Source: Chlamydiota bacterium (GTDB lineage Bacteria > Chlamydiota > Chlamydiia > Chlamydiales > JAJFMI01). Taken from it: a DNA stretch of 32,481 bases. The stretch covers positions 1 to 32,481 of the forward strand of contig JAJFMI010000007.1 in NCBI GenBank assembly GCA_021772235.1. Reading direction: 5' to 3'. Both the position numbers and the translations under genes were made by a program. Shown here piece by piece: positions 1 to 8,206 of this stretch. Under the pieces are notes generated by a model that had not been told where the DNA came from, did no database searches, and saw nothing but the letters and a program-made list of their open reading frames with translations. Position 1 is the first letter of the stretch, and every line of letters begins with the position of its first letter.

Positions 1-176
1 AGGACGCGTCCGCGACGTAAGGCGGGATCGGTGGGAGCTTCGACTTCTTTTTTTTGGTCAGTTTTTTTAAATCTGGAGCGATCTTTCTTTGTAATGCGTT
101 TCCGCTCACTGCGCTCTTCACGTTTTTTTCCTTCGCGATGAAAATTCTCTTCGTATTCGAGGTAGTCCTTGCTCAC
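1..176 (-). CDS. Partial CDS (N-terminal ~58 codons, runs off the window edge): very basic Lys/Arg/Glu-rich protein, possibly the leader of a ribosome-biogenesis GTPase (RsgA-like)
   Basis: The minus-strand frame is open from the window edge to a GTG at 176-174. That GTG overlaps the TGA of the upstream trmH-like gene (GTGA). Translation is MSKDYLEYEENFHREGKKREERSERKRITKKDRSRFKKTDQKKEVEAPTDPALRRGRV. The family assignment is only a resemblance and cannot be confirmed from 58 codons. Confidence 0.3.
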   Translation of the reverse strand, partial: MSKDYLEYEENFHREGKKREERSERKRITKKDRSRFKKTDQKKEVEAPTDPALRRGRV

Positions 177-898
177 ATTGACCTCATTTGGTGCAAAAGG
201 ATGGATCCGGCGATGGCAACATTAAGCGAGTCTATTTCAGGTCGCATTGGTATGGTGACTTTTTCGCCGAGTTTTAAAAGTTCAGGTGAGGGGCCGTGTG
301 ATTCGTTTCCTAAGATGAGAAGGGCGGGAGTTTGCGGTTTTAACAATTCGTTTCCTCCAAGATCTGCGATGTAAACGGTGCGGCTTTTTGCGATTTTGGC
401 CAGATCTTCTAAGTTCCCGTGTTGCAACGGAAGCAAAAATGTGGCGCCTTTTGCGGCCCGAAGAGCTTTATCGTTAAATGGATCGGCGCAGCCATCGGTT
501 AAGAAAACGCCTTGGACGCCAAAGGCAAAAGCAGTGCGCAGCAGTGTGCCCAAATTGCCAGGATCAGAAATTTGATCGAGGGCGAGCAGCAGTCTACCGG
601 AAATTTTTTGATTTTCAGGGAGGGTGACTTCTGCAGCAATGGGTTCTGGAGAGGGAGTGCCACTAATTTTTTTGAGAATCTCTGGTGTAACGATCAATTG
701 TTCATCGGCAGAAAAATCATTCTGCTCGCTAAGTGTCACAATGCGTTTGAGTTGCGCATGTGTATCGACGGTCTGCAACATGCGCTTTCCTAGCACAAAG
801 GCGCTGTTTTGCTCTCTGCGGTAGCGACTGCTCTCACGTAACTTCACAAGATGCTTGACGAGCGGATGTTGTAAACTGCCGATCTTTCGTGTATTCAT
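173..898 (-). CDS. SpoU/TrmH-family RNA 2'-O-methyltransferase (RlmB-like)
   Basis: From ORF 173..922. SPOUT motifs are present: LALDQISDPGNLGTLLRTAFAFG, LILGNESHGPS and IPM..IDSLNVAIAGSILLHQM. The start is probably the Met at 898 (MNTRKIGSLQHPLVKHL); Met at 922 is the alternative. Confidence 0.85.
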   Translation of the reverse strand: MNTRKIGSLQHPLVKHLVKLRESSRYRREQNSAFVLGKRMLQTVDTHAQLKRIVTLSEQNDFSADEQLIVTPEILKKISGTPSPEPIAAEVTLPENQKISGRLLLALDQISDPGNLGTLLRTAFAFGVQGVFLTDGCADPFNDKALRAAKGATFLLPLQHGNLEDLAKIAKSRTVYIADLGGNELLKPQTPALLILGNESHGPSPELLKLGEKVTIPMRPEIDSLNVAIAGSILLHQMRSM

Positions 899-907
899 AA
901 GATTATT

Positions 908-2755
908 ATGGCAGAGAAACATATGGCAAACAAGGGAAGTGGCTCACTAGCGGGGCGAGTGGCGTGGATAGCAATTCTTTTTTTGGTTGTTCCGCTTCTT
1001 GTTTTTAGCTTTGTTGGCTATCGCATGGTTTATAAGACGCAAGAGCGTCATATACTGGTGACGATGGATTTACTGGAACAGGGCGAGCGCGGTGTGATTG
1101 ATGAGTTTATTAAAGGCCAAGGACTTGCGCTCGATATGATGGTGGTGAATTTAGCTGATCAGGTGATTACTTCTGAAAAATTGATGGAATACCATGAATT
1201 TTTTTCTGAGCATGAGTCGGCGCAAAATCTCTTTTATTTGAAAGATGGGGTCTGTTTAGCTGCCTCTTCCTCCGAATTTGTCGGGAAAAATTTTACAAAA
1301 TTTTTGGATAACCGCGCGCGACTTGCGGGTGGGCACGATCTTTTTACAGCAAAAGTTTTTTTTAATCAGAAAGAGACCATTTTGCTTGGTAAGGCGATGC
1401 CAAAAGGGTACCTAATGATTGCTTATCCCATCAATCAATTGCTCGATGTGCTCGCTATTGTAAAAGATGAAGAGTATCCGGTGAATTTTTCTTTGATCAA
1501 TCCGTATGGTGAGGTTATAGGAAGTACTGACGAAGCATTTAATGGACAGGTTTTTGCTGAGGGCGGCATGCCCATGGAATTGATTGAATCGCCAGCTGAA
1601 GTGCAGTTTAAAGAGCCGATTGAAGCGTTTCGTTTTTCTTTTGAGGGAAGACGGTGGGCAGGAGTCATGAAACCGATTGCAGGGTCAGAATATCAGTTAC
1701 TTTTTGCAGTGGGCGCAAAATTTGTTTTTCTCTCATTCAATCGGTTTATCCATTTACTGGTCTATTTTTTTGGCTCTCTATTAATTGTCGGATTTCCCGT
1801 CGCTCTCCTTTTCACTCGACGCTTTTCTCGTCCGCTTCGCGATTTAACGGAGATAATGGCGCTTGTCGGTCGTGGCAAAACGCATTACCGCTATGAACCG
1901 GATCGTTATGGTTATGAAATTAACCGTGCTGGTAAAACCTTTAATGAGATGATCGAAACGCTTTTGCATACGCAACGTTCTGGTGAAGAGCAGCGTGTTG
2001 CCAAAGAGGGTTTGGAAAAAGAATTTGCAATTGGGCAAGAGGTGCAGCAGTCGCTCATCCCTGAGTCGCTTCCGGAACTTGCCGAGCTTGAAATTGCCGC
2101 ACGCTACTTACCGGCAAAAGAAGTGAGTGGCGATTTTTACGATCTTTTCCAGCGCGAAGATGGCAAATGGCTCATTGTGATGGCCGATGTTTCGGGCAAA
2201 GGGATTCATGCTTGCTTCTATGCATTGCTTTTGCGTAGCATGTTGCGCAGTTTTGCTTATAAAAACAGCGATTTAGCTGAAGTATTACGTCAAACTAACC
2301 AGCTTTTTTCCATGGACACAGAGCCGCATGGCGTTTTTGCAACGGCTTGGTTGGGAGTTTTTGATCCTGCGAATTTTTCTCTTTCGCACGTTAGCTGTGG
2401 TCACCCGCCTGCATATATTTTGCGCGCCGATGGGCATCTTGATGAGTGTAATAATCGCGTTATGTCTCTTGGTGTGGCAGAAATTACTGAATTCCCGATA
2501 GAAACAACAGAACTGCATCCTGGCGATCAACTCTTTCTCTACACAGATGGGCTTTCTGAAATGCACAATCTGAAAAATGGACTCTTTGGCGAAGATCGTA
2601 TCAAAGCGTTCCTTGTTGAAAAACAAACGCTGTCAACAGAAGAGTTCTTAGCAGATCTTTTTGAGGAGATGGCGTGGTTTTCTGAAGGCGCGCCGCAGCA
2701 TGATGATTTAAGTTTTATTCTTCTGAGAAGATGTATGTCCAAAGTTAGCGAGTGA
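908..2755 (+). CDS. rsbU: Membrane-anchored sensor PP2C/SpoIIE phosphatase, RsbU-type (N-terminal TM, periplasmic sensor domain, second TM, HAMP-like linker, PP2C domain)
   Basis: 615-aa ORF with TM segments VAWIAILFLVVPLLVFSFVGY and LLVYFFGSLLIVGFPVALLF. The linker is RPLRDLTEIM...FNEMIETL. PP2C motifs are GDFYDLF, IVMADVSGKGIHA, LYTDGLSE and QHDDLSFILLR. An alternative start lies at 923. Confidence 0.85.
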   Translation: MAEKHMANKGSGSLAGRVAWIAILFLVVPLLVFSFVGYRMVYKTQERHILVTMDLLEQGERGVIDEFIKGQGLALDMMVVNLADQVITSEKLMEYHEFFSEHESAQNLFYLKDGVCLAASSSEFVGKNFTKFLDNRARLAGGHDLFTAKVFFNQKETILLGKAMPKGYLMIAYPINQLLDVLAIVKDEEYPVNFSLINPYGEVIGSTDEAFNGQVFAEGGMPMELIESPAEVQFKEPIEAFRFSFEGRRWAGVMKPIAGSEYQLLFAVGAKFVFLSFNRFIHLLVYFFGSLLIVGFPVALLFTRRFSRPLRDLTEIMALVGRGKTHYRYEPDRYGYEINRAGKTFNEMIETLLHTQRSGEEQRVAKEGLEKEFAIGQEVQQSLIPESLPELAELEIAARYLPAKEVSGDFYDLFQREDGKWLIVMADVSGKGIHACFYALLLRSMLRSFAYKNSDLAEVLRQTNQLFSMDTEPHGVFATAWLGVFDPANFSLSHVSCGHPPAYILRADGHLDECNNRVMSLGVAEITEFPIETTELHPGDQLFLYTDGLSEMHNLKNGLFGEDRIKAFLVEKQTLSTEEFLADLFEEMAWFSEGAPQHDDLSFILLRRCMSKVSE

Positions 2756-2897
2756 TTTTTTTGGTCTCCATCTCGCTGTGCCAAATCAAATTTCGGTCGT
2801 TGGTCCGTATGAAATACTGTCCCAACCTCCAAAATCTGATTTTGCTTTGCGATATGAATCCCTTACGCCGCTTCGTGCATTATTAGTTATACAAAAC

Positions 2898-4133
2898 TCA
2901 TTCTGGTGATGTGGGCCAATGCGAAGACTCCCGAAGTCGCGCCAGAAGAGCCTCAAGATCCTCTAAGCCCTCATTCGTAGCAATCCGTTCTGCTTCATGA
3001 AGCAAGCTGCCCATCGCTTTACCGGGCTTGATGCCTTGCTCTTTTAAATGATGTGAACGGATGATCGGTTCACTTTTCTGGATACGCAAAATTGGGTTAA
3101 AAAGCTTTTGCATCTGCTTCTTGTGTTTTGTGAAAAGTGTTTTGCGCTCCTGCTCTTCTAGGCGCGCGCCTAGGATATTGAGCGCGGTGAAGAAATCTTC
3201 ATTTGCATAGAGTTTAGCCCAGTCGTAGAGTTCAAGATTTTCATTTGAAAAAGCTTCTTCTACTTTCTGTAAGTATTCAACAAATAGTAGCTCTTTGTTG
3301 GAGAGACGAAATTGACGACAGATAGCGAGTTTATCATCTAAAGTGCTATTTGGAAAAAGCTCTAAAACTTTTGCGATGACAGGGCAGTTGTCAGGAAAGC
3401 GGGGAAGATGCTCAACGCGTGATTGGATTTCATCAGCGTGGGTATCTTTTAATGAAGGAAAGATTTGCTGCAGGAGATTGAGGCGGTGCAGTGTGATGAG
3501 TTCAACATTGAAGTGGGCGAAGCGGGCCATTTTTACAAACTCTTGCCAAATGCGTTCGTAAGCAACGGAAGGAAAAAGATCGTTGGCGTGAGCGATAATT
3601 GCCTGCAAAGTTTTGGTTTCTATGGGAAATTGGAAGCGGCAAGAGTAGCGCACTGCGCGCATCATGCGCAAGCGATCCTCTAAAAAACGCTCATGCGCAT
3701 TGCCAATTGCGCGAATGATTCCTTGCTCTAAGTCATCTTTTCCCCCGACAAAATCGTGGAGCTTTTTCTCGATCGGATCGTAAAACATCCCGTTGATGGT
3801 AAAATCGCGTCGCATTGCATCTTCTTTGGGGTCGGAAGGAGCGATGCCTGTCGGCCGCCTCCCATCTTCATAGCCGAGATCTTTGCGAAATGTCGCTACT
3901 TCAAAATGGTGCCCCTCTTCAACGACAATCACGATACCAAAGTTAATGCCTACAGGAATGGTTTTGGGAAAAAGGGTTGTGATCTCCTCTACCGAGGCGC
4001 TTGTAGCAATGTCGATATCATCGGAACGATGTTCTAAAAAAAAATCACGTACCCAGCCGCCCGCAATGTAGGTGGTGTGGCCGTTTTCTTTTAATTGGCG
4101 GATTATGGAGAGGGCTGTTTCGTATGAGTTCAC
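2898..4133 (-). CDS. cca: tRNA nucleotidyltransferase / poly(A) polymerase family protein (CCA-adding enzyme-like)
   Basis: 411-aa ORF. It carries the N-terminal nucleotidyltransferase signature YIAGGWVRDFFL..DDIDIAT, then FRKD..Y.DGRRP and RRDFTINGMFYD. Confidence 0.85.
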   Translation of the reverse strand: MNSYETALSIIRQLKENGHTTYIAGGWVRDFFLEHRSDDIDIATSASVEEITTLFPKTIPVGINFGIVIVVEEGHHFEVATFRKDLGYEDGRRPTGIAPSDPKEDAMRRDFTINGMFYDPIEKKLHDFVGGKDDLEQGIIRAIGNAHERFLEDRLRMMRAVRYSCRFQFPIETKTLQAIIAHANDLFPSVAYERIWQEFVKMARFAHFNVELITLHRLNLLQQIFPSLKDTHADEIQSRVEHLPRFPDNCPVIAKVLELFPNSTLDDKLAICRQFRLSNKELLFVEYLQKVEEAFSNENLELYDWAKLYANEDFFTALNILGARLEEQERKTLFTKHKKQMQKLFNPILRIQKSEPIIRSHHLKEQGIKPGKAMGSLLHEAERIATNEGLEDLEALLARLRESSHWPTSPE

Positions 4134-4145
4134 AGCCTCAGTTTA

Positions 4146-4970
4146 TCAGGTTGGTCTCAAAACATCTAGCTGAGGAAAGTCTGGTGGTGTTTCAATACCA
4201 CAAAGATTTTCAAAGGATTTAAGATAGTAGTTATACAGCTCTCGAATGTAGTACTGTGCGCTTGTGGGGTCAGAATAAATGGTAGGATCGCAGGAGATAT
4301 CTGTAGGGTGCTCTTGCCATTTTTTTTCTTCACAGTTGTAAATGATGTTCTGTTTGCAAAGATTGACATAGAGATAGTTGATTCTTTTTAAGCATAGGGA
4401 TAGCGCATGATCCTCATTATTTAGTAGGGTTTTTTCAAATGATTCGAAAGGGAGGCTACATTTTTGTGTGAGCGCCGCGTCAAAAAGATTTTTTTGTATC
4501 ATGATAGAAATCATACCTGCTACAAAATATTGCTCAAAGGCCACTATTGCATTTTCTTTGAAGCTCTCATCATTCCAGGGGTTAGGGCTTCTTTTTTGGT
4601 TTGCTGAATATAGATGCAAATAACATAGATCTTTGTGCAAATCACCAAATTCCAGCAGTTCTTCTATATATCGCTGTTCCACAGGTAAGGCATCATCTAT
4701 TTTAGAAATATCAACTGATTTAATTGTATTGAATATCAGTTTTTTTAATTTGGGTTCGATTTTATAAAAAGTGAAGGAATTTAATAGTTTTTTTTCATTA
4801 CAATCAACTTTTGTGAAAGCGTAGTCTGCGATTTTTCTCAAGGCATAACCTAAAAAATAGGCGAATACAGGAAGTGCAATAAGGGATACGCGTTTTGCTG
4901 TTGGGCTTGAGAGTAGTGGGCGAAGATGTAAATTTAAATGTCTAATTTCGTTCGGAATTATTCTACTCAT
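4146..4970 (-). CDS. Hypothetical protein with one N-terminal TM segment (orphan, AT-rich gene)
   Basis: 274-aa ORF with no competing ORF. The hydrophobic segment is VSLIALPVFAYFLGYAL. I recognise no family motif. Confidence 0.5.
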   Translation of the reverse strand: MSRIIPNEIRHLNLHLRPLLSSPTAKRVSLIALPVFAYFLGYALRKIADYAFTKVDCNEKKLLNSFTFYKIEPKLKKLIFNTIKSVDISKIDDALPVEQRYIEELLEFGDLHKDLCYLHLYSANQKRSPNPWNDESFKENAIVAFEQYFVAGMISIMIQKNLFDAALTQKCSLPFESFEKTLLNNEDHALSLCLKRINYLYVNLCKQNIIYNCEEKKWQEHPTDISCDPTIYSDPTSAQYYIRELYNYYLKSFENLCGIETPPDFPQLDVLRPT

Positions 4971-5024
4971 TGTATTTGTTGTATTGGTTTAAACAAATAT
5001 TATGAATCAAACAAGACTTTCGTG

Positions 5025-5303
5025 TCAATTCTTCTTAAGCTTCACAATGAATAGATTGTAGAAGAAGGCAAAGACAAGACCTCCGATGGCGCCATCAAAA
5101 AATGCCCAAAGAGCTCCAATGATGCTTCCAAGAAAAGTGGGTTCGTAGCCAATATAGATGGATGCCATCACATCGACAAAGGCGCCGCCCCAGTTAAACA
5201 TAGCCATCAAACCTGCAAGGAAAATGGATATTGACCAGGTCACGCCAAGTCCCAATGTAAATGCCGGAATATGAAACTTTGTTGCAGAATTCTTTTTTGT
5301 CAT
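5025..5303 (-). CDS. Small integral membrane protein (~92 aa, 3 predicted TM segments)
   Basis: ATG at 5303 (MTKKNSATKF) is preceded by GAGGT about 8 nt upstream. Gly/aromatic-rich hydrophobic stretches include GGAFVDVMASIYIGY and GALWAFFDGAIGGLVFAFFYNLF. The longer ORF start at 5351 reads through AT-rich promoter-like DNA. Confidence 0.55.
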   Translation of the reverse strand: MTKKNSATKFHIPAFTLGLGVTWSISIFLAGLMAMFNWGGAFVDVMASIYIGYEPTFLGSIIGALWAFFDGAIGGLVFAFFYNLFIVKLKKN

Positions 5304-5444
5304 AACTAATACCTCTGTTTTATAAATGAATAAATTAAATTTTATAATCAAGTAAATATTAACAAATTTAGAATATAAATTTTATTTTAGTTATCAAATA
5401 TTAGAAAAGTGTTAAACTTCAATCTATTTCAAAGGAGAAATGAG

Positions 5445-5960
5445 ATGTTAAGAAATGTAGTTATTATTTTAGGTTTGGTTTGTGCGAGTTTAGGCGCGCA
5501 TGATATTGAGACGCCGGATGCAAAGGCGCAGTCGGTTTTGAGTTATTTTCAATTACCCTACGATAAAGAAGGGGGAAAAATTATCACCGAAATCATTGTA
5601 AATATGGGGACACAAAGCAAGGCAACGCTTTTTGGAAATAGTATTGAGATGTATCGATTAGGAAAAAAAATTGAACATACGGTGCACCCTTTGCGTTTTT
5701 TAGGACATGCTTTCACTAAACCTCAGCTGAAAGGTTATATGGGTGTCATCCGTAAAGATAAATGGAAATGGAAAAGTTTTTTGGGATCGAGAAGGCTAAT
5801 GGGTTTTTTAAAAAACATGACACGTGAGATGCAAAGAAATAACATCATTCCACATTTGTATGGTTTTTCAAAGCATGTCAATGCGGATTATGACCGTCTA
5901 TTATTTTATGTGGAACGCGAAGATTATGAGGGAATGGTCAAGTACTTGATCAAACACTAA
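5445..5960 (+). CDS. Hypothetical secreted protein (signal peptide)
   Basis: ATG at 5445 is preceded by AAGGAG at 5432-5437. The N-terminus MLRNVVIILGLVCASLGAHD looks like a signal peptide. No recognisable family. The 3' end overlaps the convergent glycosyltransferase gene by 11 nt. Confidence 0.55.
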   Translation: MLRNVVIILGLVCASLGAHDIETPDAKAQSVLSYFQLPYDKEGGKIITEIIVNMGTQSKATLFGNSIEMYRLGKKIEHTVHPLRFLGHAFTKPQLKGYMGVIRKDKWKWKSFLGSRRLMGFLKNMTREMQRNNIIPHLYGFSKHVNADYDRLLFYVEREDYEGMVKYLIKH

Positions 5961-7239
5961 GAAGTTTCTGGCTGGGTAAAAACAGATCGGGACAGCTCTG
6001 TTCAAAACATTCGGTTGTTAGGATTTTAGCACCGCGCTTTTCTTGTAAGTAGAAGGCGTTGCCAAATTCCCACTTGGGCATGCCATGGTGTGCTAGGGTT
6101 GGATCAACAGCTTCAGAATGAATGCAAATCTGTCCTTTTGCAACTGCCATTAGCTCCATAGAGGTGAGTCCTCCTGAGCGGGTGAAAGTGGCGTTTGACC
6201 GGAAAAAAAGTGGGGCGATGACAGCGTCATCTTGGAAGGTCATCGGAATAACCGTGAGTTTTTCAGGAAAGGCATGGCAATTTGTGATGAGGTCGTGGAC
6301 ACGTTTTAATAGGCTTTTAACTCCTGGCTTGTGTGCGTTGCAAAAAACAAAAAGATGATAGGGTTCAGAATTGTTGGGCAGTTTTCGCAATGTTTTTATG
6401 ATATGTTTGATGTAACGAAGTGTTGTGCATTCTGCAGGAATACTCCCAAGCATTAATGTGTAGACGCGATCTTCTGGATAAACAGTATAGGTAAGAATTT
6501 CTTCGTGAATTGCGTATGGATGATTGCTTTTTGCAAGCGTCTCTTCGATGAGATGCTCTTCTTCTTCTGAATGTATTTGGATATTTAAGGTGAGTGGCTT
6601 GTAGCTGCTTTCTTTTTGCATGTATTTTTGGAAGGTGGGACGTAGGGGAGGCTTGTCGTATTTAATGCGATAAGAGGGCAAATTGCACGCCTCTTTCCAA
6701 AAGTTGCGTCCCTCTTCTAAGAGGGGAAAAAATGTGATGAGGTCGATATACTTGCGATCGTTTTTGGATAGATGTTTGATCGGATCAAAAAAGTGGGAGC
6801 AGTAAGGTGTGGGAAGCTCCGTTACGATCTTCTCCATATGGATTTTGCGCCTCTTTAGTCTCATGACAAGGCGAGCAGCTTTGATAATGGAGGGGGTGAA
6901 ATTGGGCTGGGTGTCAATGATGAGTTCGATGTTATTTCGAAAGAGTACGAAGAATGCTCGAATAAACATCGGCAGGCCAAAGAGGAGTTCACTGAGCCAT
7001 TGATAGCCAATTAGCTTAAGTTGTTCTTTAACATCTCCTTTAGATTGAGCGGAATTCCAGCGTCGTACGCAGTAATTACCAAGACGCTCGCCCATCCAAT
7101 CAAGCATCAGATCGCAAACAACAACTTTATGGTTGGGATAGCGTGTCTTTGCTTCTATTTGCTTGGCTTTAGCCGCCTGTATGTGCCCACTTCCTCCAGA
7201 GGAAGTGAGGATGAGAATGCCCCGAGTTTTTTTGATCAT
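5950..7239 (-). CDS. GT-B fold glycosyltransferase, MGDG-synthase/GT28-like
   Basis: 429-aa ORF. The N-terminal Gly-rich loop is ILILTSSGGSGHIQAAKA. The C-terminal donor-binding region is FTRSGGLTSMELMAVAKG, typical of MurG/MGDG-synthase-like enzymes. The acceptor is unknown. Confidence 0.7.
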   Translation of the reverse strand: MIKKTRGILILTSSGGSGHIQAAKAKQIEAKTRYPNHKVVVCDLMLDWMGERLGNYCVRRWNSAQSKGDVKEQLKLIGYQWLSELLFGLPMFIRAFFVLFRNNIELIIDTQPNFTPSIIKAARLVMRLKRRKIHMEKIVTELPTPYCSHFFDPIKHLSKNDRKYIDLITFFPLLEEGRNFWKEACNLPSYRIKYDKPPLRPTFQKYMQKESSYKPLTLNIQIHSEEEEHLIEETLAKSNHPYAIHEEILTYTVYPEDRVYTLMLGSIPAECTTLRYIKHIIKTLRKLPNNSEPYHLFVFCNAHKPGVKSLLKRVHDLITNCHAFPEKLTVIPMTFQDDAVIAPLFFRSNATFTRSGGLTSMELMAVAKGQICIHSEAVDPTLAHHGMPKWEFGNAFYLQEKRGAKILTTECFEQSCPDLFLPSQKLLSV

Positions 7240-7311
7240 TAACTAGCAATATGTGTTAAATTATATCTTTAATACATATCGACGTAACTTTCAACTTATG
7301 ATGGATGGAGA

Positions 7312-8163
7312 TTATAATCTCTCGAGTTCATCTTTTGAGAGACTTGTGATTTTCATTACTTGATCTTTTAGCATGCCTAATGCCAGCATTCCTTTTGCTA
7401 TCTTACGCTGTTCTTCTTCGCGGCCTTCTTCACGGCCTTCTTCACGGCCCTTTTCGAACTCTTCTTTTTTAAGCGCGTGTTCTTCAGTAAAAGCGATGTT
7501 TGCTTTGAGATAGGCCTCTTTCTCACCTAGAGTCCAGTTGAACTCTTCCATGGCACTGTAGGCTTCGATGATTTCAGGTTCGTCTGTTCCAGGAGGAACG
7601 TTTCTGCTCTCACTCCAGTTTTTAAAGAAGTAGATCCATTTATCCTGTGTTGTAACGAGCTCATTTTCTTTTTTTTTGAATTTTGGTAGTTCGATAAAAG
7701 CATAGGAAAAATCCTCTAGATCATTTTCGTAAGTCTTTAAGTCTAATGTTTTATGGTAGCTAATTACTGCGTTTTTATCGGGAAAAAGGTTGTGATTTGC
7801 GATGGCAAGAAGAATTACAGGTTTAAGTTCTAAATGGCTAATCCCTTTTAGCGATTGTGAAACGTAGGTGTGCGCTAAGTAATACTGGCTGCGCTTAAGG
7901 AAATCAGGCAGCTTTTTGTTTTGCATTTCTACAACATATTGTACACCGCGTTCATCGGTACATTTTACGTCTAAAATACTGGTTTTTCCTCCTCCAATAT
8001 GAGGGGTTTGTTCTGGAGGGAGTATTTCAATTTTTGTGATTCTTCTTTTGTTTTGTAGATCCAAAACAGAATTCAAAAAGCTAATCAACAGATGCTTGTG
8101 CTCTTCTAACAGAAAAAGCTTTTTAAATGCTACGTCATTTGTAGGATCAAGATACCTGCTCAT
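7312..8163 (-). CDS. Rpn-family recombination-promoting nuclease / putative transposase (PD-(D/E)XK, TIGR01784-like)
   Basis: 283-aa ORF. The N-terminus is the family-typical LDPTNDVAFKKLF...LISFLNSVL. The nuclease core is ILDVKCTD..YVVEMQ. The C-terminal GREEGREEGREE repeat is followed by IAKGML..ITSLSKDEL. It is a single copy with no flanking terminal repeats seen. Confidence 0.8.
   Translation of the reverse strand: MSRYLDPTNDVAFKKLFLLEEHKHLLISFLNSVLDLQNKRRITKIEILPPEQTPHIGGGKTSILDVKCTDERGVQYVVEMQNKKLPDFLKRSQYYLAHTYVSQSLKGISHLELKPVILLAIANHNLFPDKNAVISYHKTLDLKTYENDLEDFSYAFIELPKFKKKENELVTTQDKWIYFFKNWSESRNVPPGTDEPEIIEAYSAMEEFNWTLGEKEAYLKANIAFTEEHALKKEEFEKGREEGREEGREEEQRKIAKGMLALGMLKDQVMKITSLSKDELERL
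7414..7449. repeat. 3 x 12-bp tandem repeat (TTCTTCRCGGCC) encoding (GREE)3 in the Rpn-family gene
   Basis: Read directly: ttcttcgcggcc ttcttcacggcc ttcttcacggcc. Confidence 0.9.
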
Positions 8164-8206
8164 ACCCGCAAGGATATTCCCAAATGTTTAAGTTTGCAAT
8201 AAAAAA

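Noticed and set aside
45-55. T/A homopolymer runs (for example T8 at ~47-54, A8 in the basic N-terminal coding region) as frameshift-prone phase switches
   Set aside because: They encode Lys runs in a Lys-rich protein and are common in AT-leaning genomes. The frame is intact, so there is nothing to suggest switching.
2830-2844. Palindrome CAAAATC-T-GATTTTG between the convergent rsbU and cca-like genes as an intrinsic terminator
   Set aside because: A 1-nt loop cannot form a hairpin, and the stem is A/T-rich with no flanking U-tract. I could not find a convincing terminator in this 142-bp spacer.
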